From the NCBI GenBank assembly GCA_964344235.1, contig CAYFMJ010000001.1, forward strand, positions 64,001 through 128,000: DNA of 64,000 nucleotides. The letters are read 5' to 3'. The translations under genes were made by a program, and so were the position numbers. Origin of the DNA: an uncultured Methanosarcinales archaeon. GTDB taxonomy: Archaea > Nanobdellota > Nanobdellia > Woesearchaeales > GW2011-AR9. Below are positions 45,347 to 54,203 of this stretch, one piece after another (position 1 is the stretch's first letter; every line of letters starts with the position of its first letter). Under the pieces are notes generated by a model. That model made no database searches, was not told the DNA's origin, and saw only the letters and a program-made list of their open reading frames with translations.

Positions 45347-46444
45347 TTAATCAAGATGAATCTCTAACACGTCTTTATCTTTCAATGCATGTTTCAACAT
45401 AACTCGCTGTGCAGGATGCTTTGCTGACTTGCCCCATACTCTTGCAAACTTGAAACGTTTGACAAAATCTTTATGTGTTTTATTGCAAACATCTCGAATC
45501 GTAGAATTACGAGGGATGATTAACGGCTCTTTCATGTCTGCTTCTTTACGAGGTTCTTTCATGTAAATACGGATGAAGTCAAGTTTTTTGAAGATCTTTT
45601 CACGTAATTCTTTAATTCCTAAATCCTCATGTGTGCTAATTACTAAATCTGCGTTCAATTCTTTTTTGACTTTTGCAACTTGACCTGCTGTTGCTAAATC
45701 TGCTTTGGTGATACAAGTAATAGCAGGGACGTATTTCTTTTGACTGCCTAAGCAGTCAATGAAGTCATCAATGTCGATGGGGGAGCGAATAAGCACTTCT
45801 GCATTAACAATCTTAAATTGTTGCATGACTTTCCTGATGGTTTCATCGTCTGTACCAATTTCAACGGTTTTACCAATATGGATTCCGCCCTGTCCTTTTT
45901 TCTTAATGTACACTTCTGGTTTAGTTTTATTCACCCGTATATTCGATTCCCATACTTCCCGCAGAATTGCTTGGTAATGTTCAGGAGTTGTGACGTCGAC
46001 TACTATTAACACTAAATCGGCGTTTTGGATAACGGCGAGCACTTCTTTTCCTCTTCCTCTACCGGATGCGGCACCAGAAACTATTCCGGGAACGTCAAGA
46101 ATTTGAATTTTTGCTTGTTTATATTCCATCATTCCCGGAACAACGGAAAGAGTGGTGAATGCATAGGCACCGACCTCTGAGTCAGCTCCTGTTAATTTGT
46201 TAAGGAGGGTTGATTTTCCTGCTGAAGGAAATCCGAGCAATAAGACGGTTCCATCACCCGATTTTCGGACAGAATAGCCGTGGTCTGATCTTCCTGTTTT
46301 TTTAGAAACACGAGATTCTTGTTTTTGCTTCAGTTGGGCAATTTTCGCTTTAAGAATTCCAATATGGCCTTGCGTTGCTTTGTTATATTTGGTTTTTTTT
46401 ATCTCGTCCTGGATTTCTTTGATTTGTTTATTATAATCGACCAT
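45347..46444 (-). CDS. DRG-family (OBG superfamily) GTPase with TGS domain
   Basis: NKATQGHIG, GFPSAGKST, YAFTT, DVPG, TKAD, C-terminal TGS. Confidence 0.92.
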   Translation of the reverse strand: MVDYNKQIKEIQDEIKKTKYNKATQGHIGILKAKIAQLKQKQESRVSKKTGRSDHGYSVRKSGDGTVLLLGFPSAGKSTLLNKLTGADSEVGAYAFTTLSVVPGMMEYKQAKIQILDVPGIVSGAASGRGRGKEVLAVIQNADLVLIVVDVTTPEHYQAILREVWESNIRVNKTKPEVYIKKKGQGGIHIGKTVEIGTDDETIRKVMQQFKIVNAEVLIRSPIDIDDFIDCLGSQKKYVPAITCITKADLATAGQVAKVKKELNADLVISTHEDLGIKELREKIFKKLDFIRIYMKEPRKEADMKEPLIIPRNSTIRDVCNKTHKDFVKRFKFARVWGKSAKHPAQRVMLKHALKDKDVLEIHLD

Positions 46445-46499
46445 GCACTATTACTTTCCTCAGCGCTTTTTAAGGTTTCTGAGATTTGCGAGGGAATTA

Positions 46500-46603
46500 A
46501 GTCAGTTTCGGCGAGTGGGGCACGGCGCGATTATGGTGTCTTATTCGAACATTTTATTCTTGGACACCATGCGCCCCATTTGGCGCCACTCGCCTTCTCG
46601 ACT
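46500..46603. ncRNA. Candidate structured RNA of unknown class
   Basis: GC-rich intergenic element with nested helices GGCGAGTGG/CCACTCGCC, GGCGC/GCGCC and ATGGTGTC/GACACCAT, plus terminal AGTC/GACT. Confidence 0.5.
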
Positions 46604-46657
46604 CAATAAAAAAGTGTTTTCGTAATGTTTATAAAATCGTGAGCAGAATAGAAGAGA

Positions 46658-47209
46658 ATGGTCAATGCGACAGCAGTCGGAGGGGTTGTAGAGACAGCGC
46701 AGTCCTACTTTTACTCAATTATCATTGGAATTGTGATTCTGTTAATTGGTTTTGGCGCGGGAGTATTAGCGAAAAGAATCGTCCACAGGGTTCTGCGAGA
46801 AATTGAGTTGAATAAGATTATGAGTAAAGTGGGAATGCGTCATAATTTAGAGCGAACGATTAGTATTGTTATCTCGTATCTTATTTACATCGTAACGATT
46901 ATCATCTTTTTGAAGCAGTTTGGTGTGATTCCCATCTACATTGTGTATCTCATTGTGGGAGCAATTCTCATGTTAATGGCATTAACATTTATTGTAGGTT
47001 TGAAAGATGTTATCCCGAATTTTGTGGCATGGGTATTGTTGCAGAGAAAGGGTAAGATTAAGGAAGGGTATCATGTTAACGTTAGGGAGATTTATGGCGT
47101 TGTAGAAAGGGTTGGTTTTTTAGAAACAGAAATTAAGACAGATAATAATGATATTTTATATGTGCCAAATTCGTTATTTTTGAAATCGAAGTTTAGAGTA
47201 AGGAAGTGA
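46658..47209 (+). CDS. MscS-family mechanosensitive channel (short form)
   Basis: TM helices, KDVIPNFVA, GVVERVGFLETEIKT, VPNS. Confidence 0.8.
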   Translation: MVNATAVGGVVETAQSYFYSIIIGIVILLIGFGAGVLAKRIVHRVLREIELNKIMSKVGMRHNLERTISIVISYLIYIVTIIIFLKQFGVIPIYIVYLIVGAILMLMALTFIVGLKDVIPNFVAWVLLQRKGKIKEGYHVNVREIYGVVERVGFLETEIKTDNNDILYVPNSLFLKSKFRVRK

Positions 47210-47449
47210 TTACTTCGCACTCTCTAACATGCTGATAACATCCCACACTTGTGTTCTATTATAAGAAGGCATGTCGATGTTGTTTAAATCTTCTAATTCC
47301 ATCAACGCTTTCTCGATAGGAAGTTCAACATCACTGGAAAGAATTGTAATAACACTGGCTGCTTTTTCTTTAAATCGTTTGCAACAGTCTGGTTCTTCTT
47401 TTAATTCGCTGAGGTACTCAATGACTTCAGTCACTTGTTGTTTGTTCAT
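47210..47449 (-). CDS. UPF0147-family protein
   Basis: EKAL..LEDL....MPSYNRTQVWDVISMLES. Confidence 0.8.
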   Translation of the reverse strand: MNKQQVTEVIEYLSELKEEPDCCKRFKEKAASVITILSSDVELPIEKALMELEDLNNIDMPSYNRTQVWDVISMLESAK

Positions 47450-47771
47450 CGTTGTTCTCTTCCTGTAATTCTTTCATAACTTCTTTCTGTAAGGATTCCA
47501 TTTGCTCTTTGAGTTTATCCTCTTGTGAAGCGAAGTTTTTCAAATGGATCTCTGCAACGTCTTTCTTTTCCTGGAGATCTTTTGAAAGGTCTTCTTTAGA
47601 AGCGGCAATCATCATTTTGCCAAGAATCTTATAACTTTTATCGGTTGTTTTTATTTCAGTCAATGCTGAGTTTAATTCTGTTAATTGTGATTCAATTTGT
47701 TGTTTTTGCATAGAGATGGAGTGAAGGTTTTGCTGCAGGAGTTGTAGTTGGTTTACCTTATCTGATGTCAT
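47427..47771 (-). CDS. pfdB: Prefoldin subunit beta
   Basis: LQLLQQNL..I..QKQQIE, YKILGKMMI, coiled coil. Confidence 0.88.
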   Translation of the reverse strand: MTSDKVNQLQLLQQNLHSISMQKQQIESQLTELNSALTEIKTTDKSYKILGKMMIAASKEDLSKDLQEKKDVAEIHLKNFASQEDKLKEQMESLQKEVMKELQEENNDEQTTSD

Positions 47772-47780
47772 TTTTAAGAA

Positions 47781-47915
47781 TTAACGTGCTTTTACTTTGT
47801 TAACGGTTCTCCGATCTTTATAGAGGATCTTACCGCCACAGTAGGGGCATCTAATTTTAGTACGAGTGTACTCGTCCTCTACTTTCTTTCCACAGTCAAA
47901 ACAAACGTAATACAT
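47781..47915 (-). CDS. rpo12: RNA polymerase subunit P (Rpo12)
   Basis: Manual translation MYYVCFDCGKKVEDEYTRTKIRCPYCGGKILYKDRRTVNKVKAR; below ORF-track cutoff. Confidence 0.93.
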   Translation of the reverse strand: MYYVCFDCGKKVEDEYTRTKIRCPYCGGKILYKDRRTVNKVKAR

Positions 47916-47916
47916 T

Positions 47917-48114
47917 TTATTTGGGTTTATAGGCTTTGCCAGCAAATTTAATGCCGGTTTTTTTACAGATCCAGATACCTAAGGAAAGTCGTTTTACTGT
48001 TGGTTTATTACAGAACGGGCTTTTGTACTTTTTTCGCTGCTGTGCTTCAATAGCGCCGAATTTCTTCTTAGGTTTTCGCCCGTACCGAGCTCCGAATCGT
48101 TTTGTTGATTTCAT
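47917..48114 (-). CDS. rpl37ae: Ribosomal protein L37ae (eL43)
   Basis: RFGARYG, VKRLSLGIW.C.K.G.KFAGKAY. Confidence 0.93.
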   Translation of the reverse strand: MKSTKRFGARYGRKPKKKFGAIEAQQRKKYKSPFCNKPTVKRLSLGIWICKKTGIKFAGKAYKPK

Positions 48115-48127
48115 GTTGTTAGTATAA

Positions 48128-48234
48128 TGGTGGGGCCGCCCAGATTTGAACTGGGGTCTAAGCGTCCCAAACGCCCAATGCTAGATTGCTCCTAGCGACT
48201 TGTGTCTTGCTAGACCAAGCTACACTACGGCCCC
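48128..48234 (-). tRNA. tRNA-Pro(TGG) with a D-loop intron (48186-48214, 29 nt, position 19/20)
   Basis: Acceptor GGGGCCG/CGGCCCC, encoded ACCA, anticodon loop TTTGGGA, T arm CCCAG-TTCAAAT-CTGGG; BHB central helix GCTT/GAGC with 3-nt bulges. Confidence 0.92.
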
Positions 48235-48293
48235 GTAGCGTCTTTATAAATGTTATGCTGAAAAAGGAGTAATTTAAAAGGTTTGTGGTTGAA

Positions 48294-49331
48294 TTAGAAC
48301 TGTTTGATTATAATGAGGGATTTGGGTGCTCTAGTGAGAATTGTCAGTTTATTGGTCCAAACAACGGTATCTTCGATTCGTAAGCCGATTTTATTCTTGA
48401 TGTAAATGCCGGGTTCTATAGTAAATGGAACATTCTTTTCTACTTTCGCTGGTTGGGAAAAGAATGGATCTTCATGGACTTCAATTCCGATTCCATGCCC
48501 CAGAGAGTGGATGAAGTATTTCGCGTGTTTTTTTAGTGTATTTCTTGCTGTTGTGTCGAGTTCCTTCAAAGAAATTTTTGGTTTGATTGCTTTAATTGCT
48601 GAAGTTTGTGCATTGAGTAAGAGGTTGTAGAGCATTTTTTGTTCTTCATTGGGAGTGCCTAAAAATATACACCGCGTCATGTCAGCACAGTAGTTTTTGT
48701 AGCGTGCGCCGAAGTCAACAAGGAGGAAACCGCGTTTTAGTGTGTCTGTAGAGGTAATGTGATGAGGAGTGGCAGCGTTTGTGTGGGTTGCAGCTATTGT
48801 GGGGAAGGCTAAAGAAGCGCCTTTGGATTTGATGTGTCCTTCCAGGAAGAACGCAACGTCTTGCTCTGTTTTGAGCGTTTTCTTGGGGAGTTCTTTTACT
48901 AAGGCATTGAAAGCTGATGTGGTGATGGAGCAGGCTTTTGCGATTAATTGTAATTCCTTCGCAGTTTTTTGTTTTCTTAATGCATTGAGCTGCTTTGAAA
49001 TATCAACAAATTTGGCTTTGGGGAATATTTTCTTTGCTTTGTCAAGCTGTTGGACTGTAAGAGAAGTCTTGTTAATGCCAACTTTCTTGGTGGTTTTACT
49101 GGTAATTGTTTTTTCAAAAGTTTTATCGAGAGTTTTGATCTTGATGTTCTTTAATCGTGGCTTTTTGTCTAATTTTGAGATGTAGAGTTTTGCTGATTTG
49201 GGAGTGATGAGGAGATAGCCGTGGGATGGTTCCATTTGAGTGAAGTAGGTGATTGTTGGATCAGGCGCCACGAAGAATGTTGTTTGGATTCTGTTCTTTT
49301 TGAGGAATCTCTGGAATTGTAAGAGTTTCAT
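48294..49331 (-). CDS. Xaa-Pro aminopeptidase (M24B)
   Basis: VDFGARY..YCADMTR, HSLGHGIGIEVHE, TIEPGIY, RIED. Confidence 0.92.
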   Translation of the reverse strand: MKLLQFQRFLKKNRIQTTFFVAPDPTITYFTQMEPSHGYLLITPKSAKLYISKLDKKPRLKNIKIKTLDKTFEKTITSKTTKKVGINKTSLTVQQLDKAKKIFPKAKFVDISKQLNALRKQKTAKELQLIAKACSITTSAFNALVKELPKKTLKTEQDVAFFLEGHIKSKGASLAFPTIAATHTNAATPHHITSTDTLKRGFLLVDFGARYKNYCADMTRCIFLGTPNEEQKMLYNLLLNAQTSAIKAIKPKISLKELDTTARNTLKKHAKYFIHSLGHGIGIEVHEDPFFSQPAKVEKNVPFTIEPGIYIKNKIGLRIEDTVVWTNKLTILTRAPKSLIIIKQF

Positions 49332-49408
49332 GAGGAAAATAAAATCAACAGTGTAATTAAATCTTATGCCTCCATAATCATTATAAACCTCAAAAATATG
49401 CTTTTTCT

Positions 49409-50611
49409 ATGCAAAAAGCGGTGTTGAAGAATGGATTAAAGGTTTTGTACCACCATAAACAGGGGAATGCGGTAGTGATTCAGGTAATGGTACATGTAGG
49501 GAGTAATAGAGAAACACCTAAAGAGCGAGGGATTTCCCACTTCCTTGAACACATTCTGTTTGAAGGAACTATAAAGAGGCCGACGAATGAATTGATTTCA
49601 AATGAAATTGAGAAGATTGGCGGCGAGTTTAATGCGTACACCGCAAATGAAAGGACATGTTTCTACATTAAAGTTCTGCAGAAGCATTTTGGAAAAGCAG
49701 TAGAGATCTTATCAGATATTTTACATAATTCATTATTTGATGAGGATCATATCAAGAAAGAGAAGCGGATTGTGTTAAAAGAGATTGATATGGTGTATGA
49801 TGAACCAACGTACTATCAATGGATTTTATTACAGCAGAGTTTGTTTTCAAAACACCCATGTAGGGTTCCAACGTATGGAGATAGGAAAGTTATTGCCAAT
49901 TTAACACGGCAGCAGGTGATTGATTATTTTGAGAAATATTACTTATCTAATAACATGACTGTTTCGATTGTAGGAGATGTGAAGCAGTGGAAACAGAAGA
50001 TTGCAAAGAACTTTACGCTGCCGCAAGGGAAAGTCCCTGCTAGGAAAAGGATAGTGGAACCTGCTGCGAAACGGAACGTTGTTAAGAGAGAGAAGAGGAA
50101 AACTCTCAATACGTATAGTATTCTTGGTTTTAAGACTGTTCCCAGAAATCATCCCGATAGTCCGGTGTTGGAAGTGATTAATGGTATTTTAGGAAGAGGG
50201 CAGAGTGGCAAGATCTTTATTGAAGTGCGAAGTAAGAGAGGATTAGCGTATGAAGTTGGAACACAGAATGTGGCGGAGATTAATTATGGTTATTTTGCTG
50301 TGTATTCAACCGTTGCAAAGGCAAAGGTTCGGTTGGTGAGAGATTTGGTGTTGAAAGAAATTGGGAAGTTATCTGCTGTAACGGAACAAGAAGTAAAAGA
50401 GGCGAAGACGTTTATTGAAGGGAGTTTCCTATTAGGAATGGATGATGCGCAGAAGTTGGCAGATCAATTATTATTCTGGTCGCAAGTTGAGGATGCGGCA
50501 CTTATGACGAAGTTTTTAGCAAGAATAAAGAAAGTTACGGTTGCTGATGTGAAGAGAGTGGTGAAGAAGTATTTTAAGAATTATACACACGTTGTGATTG
50601 AAGGGAAGTGA
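49409..50611 (+). CDS. M16 (pitrilysin-family) peptidase
   Basis: Inverted Zn motif HFLEH, NAYT. Confidence 0.92.
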   Translation: MQKAVLKNGLKVLYHHKQGNAVVIQVMVHVGSNRETPKERGISHFLEHILFEGTIKRPTNELISNEIEKIGGEFNAYTANERTCFYIKVLQKHFGKAVEILSDILHNSLFDEDHIKKEKRIVLKEIDMVYDEPTYYQWILLQQSLFSKHPCRVPTYGDRKVIANLTRQQVIDYFEKYYLSNNMTVSIVGDVKQWKQKIAKNFTLPQGKVPARKRIVEPAAKRNVVKREKRKTLNTYSILGFKTVPRNHPDSPVLEVINGILGRGQSGKIFIEVRSKRGLAYEVGTQNVAEINYGYFAVYSTVAKAKVRLVRDLVLKEIGKLSAVTEQEVKEAKTFIEGSFLLGMDDAQKLADQLLFWSQVEDAALMTKFLARIKKVTVADVKRVVKKYFKNYTHVVIEGK

Positions 50612-51551
50612 TTTTAATCCCGTTACTGTAGGCGGTTGCTAAAAAATCTAAGTTATCTATTGTGAATGTTTCTTTTAGTTTAAACCATTTTTCAAATATG
50701 CCAAAGGAAACTGGTTGGTCATTTATGTTAAAGTTTGCGTGGAAAAAGCTAGCATCTTCTAAGCAAACCGTTAGGAATGTTTCTTGCAAGATTGCGTCTC
50801 TGCAAGCTCCTTCTGTTCCTAGAAGGAATAATTCGTTTTGTGTAAGAGTTGGCACGTTAGAGATATCAGATACTGGACCCGTGATGTAGTACTGAGGGGT
50901 GTATTCCAATGATGTGCTGGCTGCGTTGTTTTGTTGCGTGCTATCTGTTACCGTGCCAGAAACCGAAAGAGTAAAGGAATGTGTCCCTTCCCCTAATGTA
51001 GGTAGGGTGAGTTGAAGGTCGTTGTAGATTGTTCCTGCAACTCGAAGTGTATGTTTTGGTTCTAATTGATAGAAGAAAATGCTGCCTTTGGTTTTTTCTT
51101 GTTGCAATTTTTGTGACGTGTCAACTGTTGAAATTTTTCCCGTGAAAATGTCAAGAGCTTGAGGGAAATCCTCGTATGGGGCACCTGATGCTGGATGGAT
51201 GGTTAATGGTATTAATTGATTATTTCTTTCAATGATATTTAGTATGTCGATTGTTCTCTGAGCGTCCCTACCAATAACATCAGATGTTAAGGTTACACGA
51301 AAATTGCCAATTGCCGGGGCAGAGCCTTCATTCGTTATTGCAAAATTTATTTGTAAAGGCGTAGCAGGAGAGAAGTGTTTCGTACCCGAGGTTGTTGTGA
51401 AAGTATGGGGAAGCTGGTTGATCTCAAAGGACGTGATTGAGACGTCTGGGGTTCCTTCATAGATATTTTGTAAATTGTATAGTTGATCTGGAAACTCTTG
51501 CGCTAGGGCCAGAGGGATTAGTACCAACAGGAAGAGGAGATATTTTTTCAT
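50574..51551 (-). CDS. Secreted protein with CARDB/Ig-like domain
   Basis: Signal peptide, ITNEGSAPA, QQNNAAS..L pattern. Confidence 0.6.
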   Translation of the reverse strand: MKKYLLFLLVLIPLALAQEFPDQLYNLQNIYEGTPDVSITSFEINQLPHTFTTTSGTKHFSPATPLQINFAITNEGSAPAIGNFRVTLTSDVIGRDAQRTIDILNIIERNNQLIPLTIHPASGAPYEDFPQALDIFTGKISTVDTSQKLQQEKTKGSIFFYQLEPKHTLRVAGTIYNDLQLTLPTLGEGTHSFTLSVSGTVTDSTQQNNAASTSLEYTPQYYITGPVSDISNVPTLTQNELFLLGTEGACRDAILQETFLTVCLEDASFFHANFNINDQPVSFGIFEKWFKLKETFTIDNLDFLATAYSNGIKITSLQSQRVYNS

Positions 51552-52621
51552 CGTGTGACGTTAAAAGATTGGACTTTCTTCAAGAGTTGTGCAGCTTTTT
51601 TGTTTTTCTTAAAATGTTGACGTGTCGGTTCAAGTAGCTGGTTGATAGCAGCTGCAACGCCTGTTTTAAGGTCGATTGATTTCAATGTTCCTTTCTTGAA
51701 AGCGGTTTCTAATTCTTCGTACGATTTGAATGAGAGGTTACCACCGTATTTTTCAGGACGTTCTATGTTTAGTGTCGGTAGTTTCTCAAAGACAATGTGT
51801 TTTGCGTATTCTAATACAGGATTGTCTTCAACAACACCGTCAATGCTATGTGCTTTCTTGAATTTTCTTCTGACATCGTCTTCGGAATCGGTCATGAAGA
51901 TAGCTGTGTTTGGTTTGGATTTACTCATTTTCATAGCGATCTTTCTGTCTGCACCTTGCAAATTAGTTTGAGAGAATTGTAATCCTAACAACATATGGTG
52001 GTGTAAAGCAATTGGTTTTTTATGGCCGAGTTTAGGGAAAATATCACGAGCAAGCATGTTTACTTTTCTTTGGTCTAGTCCTAATTGAGCGATGTCTGCT
52101 TTCAGATGAATAATATCGGCTGCTTGCATGAGCGGGTAGAGTATCTGTGCAGAAGGATTGGAAGCGGATTCTTCCCGTCCCATAATTTGGCCGCATCGTA
52201 GAACGCGTTGTACAGTTGCTGATGTTGATAGTTGTAAAACTGTCTGCCAGTAGCCCGGTTCTTTGACTAAATCAGACGCCCAGATGAATTCAACGTTCTT
52301 TGTGTCTAACCCACAGGATTTCCAGACTTCGATAAAGTATTCACCAACGGTTTGGATCTTTTTGATGTCTCCACCCATTTTATTGTTGATCATGGCATGC
52401 CAGTCCGCTACGAGCATTTTGAATTTGATGCCAGTACTAGTTAGCTTGTTAACGGTAATTGCTCGGAGAAGCCCCTGCGCGATGTGAATCTGACCAGACG
52501 GTTCGAAGCCGTCGTAAGCAATGGGAGTTTTTTTTGATTTGAGAAGTGATTCAAGCTCTGCTTCGGTGATGATTTCTTCCCCAACTTGTTTGATGAGGGA
52601 GAGTTTTTCTGTAGAGTTCAT
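51548..52621 (-). CDS. tyrS: Tyrosyl-tRNA synthetase (archaeal type)
   Basis: YDGFEPSGQIHIAQG, YPLMQAAD, GLDQRK, KMSKS. Confidence 0.95.
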   Translation of the reverse strand: MNSTEKLSLIKQVGEEIITEAELESLLKSKKTPIAYDGFEPSGQIHIAQGLLRAITVNKLTSTGIKFKMLVADWHAMINNKMGGDIKKIQTVGEYFIEVWKSCGLDTKNVEFIWASDLVKEPGYWQTVLQLSTSATVQRVLRCGQIMGREESASNPSAQILYPLMQAADIIHLKADIAQLGLDQRKVNMLARDIFPKLGHKKPIALHHHMLLGLQFSQTNLQGADRKIAMKMSKSKPNTAIFMTDSEDDVRRKFKKAHSIDGVVEDNPVLEYAKHIVFEKLPTLNIERPEKYGGNLSFKSYEELETAFKKGTLKSIDLKTGVAAAINQLLEPTRQHFKKNKKAAQLLKKVQSFNVTR

Positions 52622-52677
52622 GACTTATAGGAAAGAAGATGTGTTTAAAAAATTAATTGAAAAAAAGAAAAGAAAAT

Positions 52678-53469
52678 TTAGCCATTAATACAGAATTGCG
52701 CTGCTTTTATCCCACCAGCATAAGCCTGATAGATTATGTTGGATAACGTAAGCGAACTTCCATCAGCGAGGTTGACTGTTTCGCCCTCCATAACACTGAC
52801 TTCCTCCCCGTTAATAACCAAATCAACAGACTTTATACCACCAGCATATGCTTGGTACAGTAAATCGTCAAACACAACTTCGTAACTTTTTGAACCTGTT
52901 GTATAGGTATCTGATTCGCCTAGTTGAAGAGTTTCATCAATATCACATGGTCCCACGCAGTCATACTCTATATCAAAATCGTTTTGAGTTGGATCTGACG
53001 CACTAGCGAAAGGGTAACTAACTCCTTCAATCTTAAGTGTAAAGTCAACTTCGCCACTTGGGTCAACAGAATACTCGTATGTTTCGCCGTTTTTGTAGTT
53101 TTTGAATTTTATTTTTGGAGATGTTGCAGTTTGCTTGTCGGCACCTTTGTATTCGAAAGGTGTGCCCCCCAACATGAATGTATCCTTCTTTTCAAAAACG
53201 TCTCCACATTCTGCTTCAAATGCTTTCTGAGCAGCTGAGACATCGTCTTTTAACTCTTTAATTATGTCTACTGCCTTAGAAACCCTTTCGTAACAAGCAC
53301 TTAAGCCATAACTTGCTTCACCTACCAGAGCAGAGTCTTCTTCTACTCCTTCACCAACAAGTTCATCAAAATCCTCACCTACCGCTTGTTCAGAAGCAGT
53401 TTCTTGAGCACAACCAACAATTAGGACTAGACCAATCAATAAAATGCTAAAAATTAATATTTTCTTCAT
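52678..53469 (-). CDS. Secreted lipoprotein with two C-terminal YQAYAGGI repeats
   Basis: Lipobox IVGC; LLYQAYAGGIKS and IIYQAYAGGIKA. Confidence 0.75.
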   Translation of the reverse strand: MKKILIFSILLIGLVLIVGCAQETASEQAVGEDFDELVGEGVEEDSALVGEASYGLSACYERVSKAVDIIKELKDDVSAAQKAFEAECGDVFEKKDTFMLGGTPFEYKGADKQTATSPKIKFKNYKNGETYEYSVDPSGEVDFTLKIEGVSYPFASASDPTQNDFDIEYDCVGPCDIDETLQLGESDTYTTGSKSYEVVFDDLLYQAYAGGIKSVDLVINGEEVSVMEGETVNLADGSSLTLSNIIYQAYAGGIKAAQFCING

Positions 53470-53576
53470 TGTAAACACCTCATTTTAATTTTCTCTTGAA
53501 GGAAAAAGGACTATATAAAGTTAATTATAACAAAAAATTAGCAAAATATAAAAAATAGGGTTATTCTGAAGAGGGT

Positions 53577-54203
53577 ATGAAAGTTATCCTATTCGATTTT
53601 TGGGGAACCTTGGTACAAAACGGCGTATGGAGTCCGATTAAACAAGTTAAAAATATCTTGCAAATAGATTTACCTTTCTCTGACTATGTTGTGAGAATGG
53701 AAAGAGCGATGATGACTAAACCGTTTGCGTCATTACGAGAAGCATTTGAGGCTGTGTGTGAAGAATTTGAGATCAACGCGCCGGAAGACGTAATGGAAGA
53801 ACTTATTGGGATGTGGAATAAGAGTTGGATGTTAGCGAAGCCATTTTATGAAACAGTTGAGGTTCTGCAGGCATTGAAGGAAAAGTATACGGTTGTATTA
53901 GTATCAAATACAGATTGTATTTCTGTGAAACGAGTGTTAGAGAAATTTGAGTTAGAACAGCATTTTCACCAGATGTTTTTATCATGTGAGGTAGGGATGA
54001 TTAAGACAGATGAAGCATTCTTGGAGCATGTGTTGAAAGAAATTGGTGTAGAGAAGGAAGATTGTTTATTGGTAGGAGATAGTTTACAGAGTGATGTAAA
54101 AGCGGCGGAGAATGCAGGTATCAAAGCAATGCTGGTTGATCGTAGGGGTACGAGAGAGTACTCACAAAAGATTAAAAGCTTGTGGGAGTTACTTACGCTA
54201 TGA
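53577..54203 (+). CDS. HAD-superfamily hydrolase
   Basis: DFWGTL motif I, VSNT, K, GDSLQSD. Confidence 0.85.
   Translation: MKVILFDFWGTLVQNGVWSPIKQVKNILQIDLPFSDYVVRMERAMMTKPFASLREAFEAVCEEFEINAPEDVMEELIGMWNKSWMLAKPFYETVEVLQALKEKYTVVLVSNTDCISVKRVLEKFELEQHFHQMFLSCEVGMIKTDEAFLEHVLKEIGVEKEDCLLVGDSLQSDVKAAENAGIKAMLVDRRGTREYSQKIKSLWELLTL

Noticed and set aside
46510-46594. A fourth tRNA (Trp-like CCA on the minus strand, or tRNA-Sec-like 9-bp acceptor)
   Set aside because: There is no T arm with a TTCRA loop in the right position, position 32 would be G, and no valid BHB was found. Kept only as an unassigned structured element.
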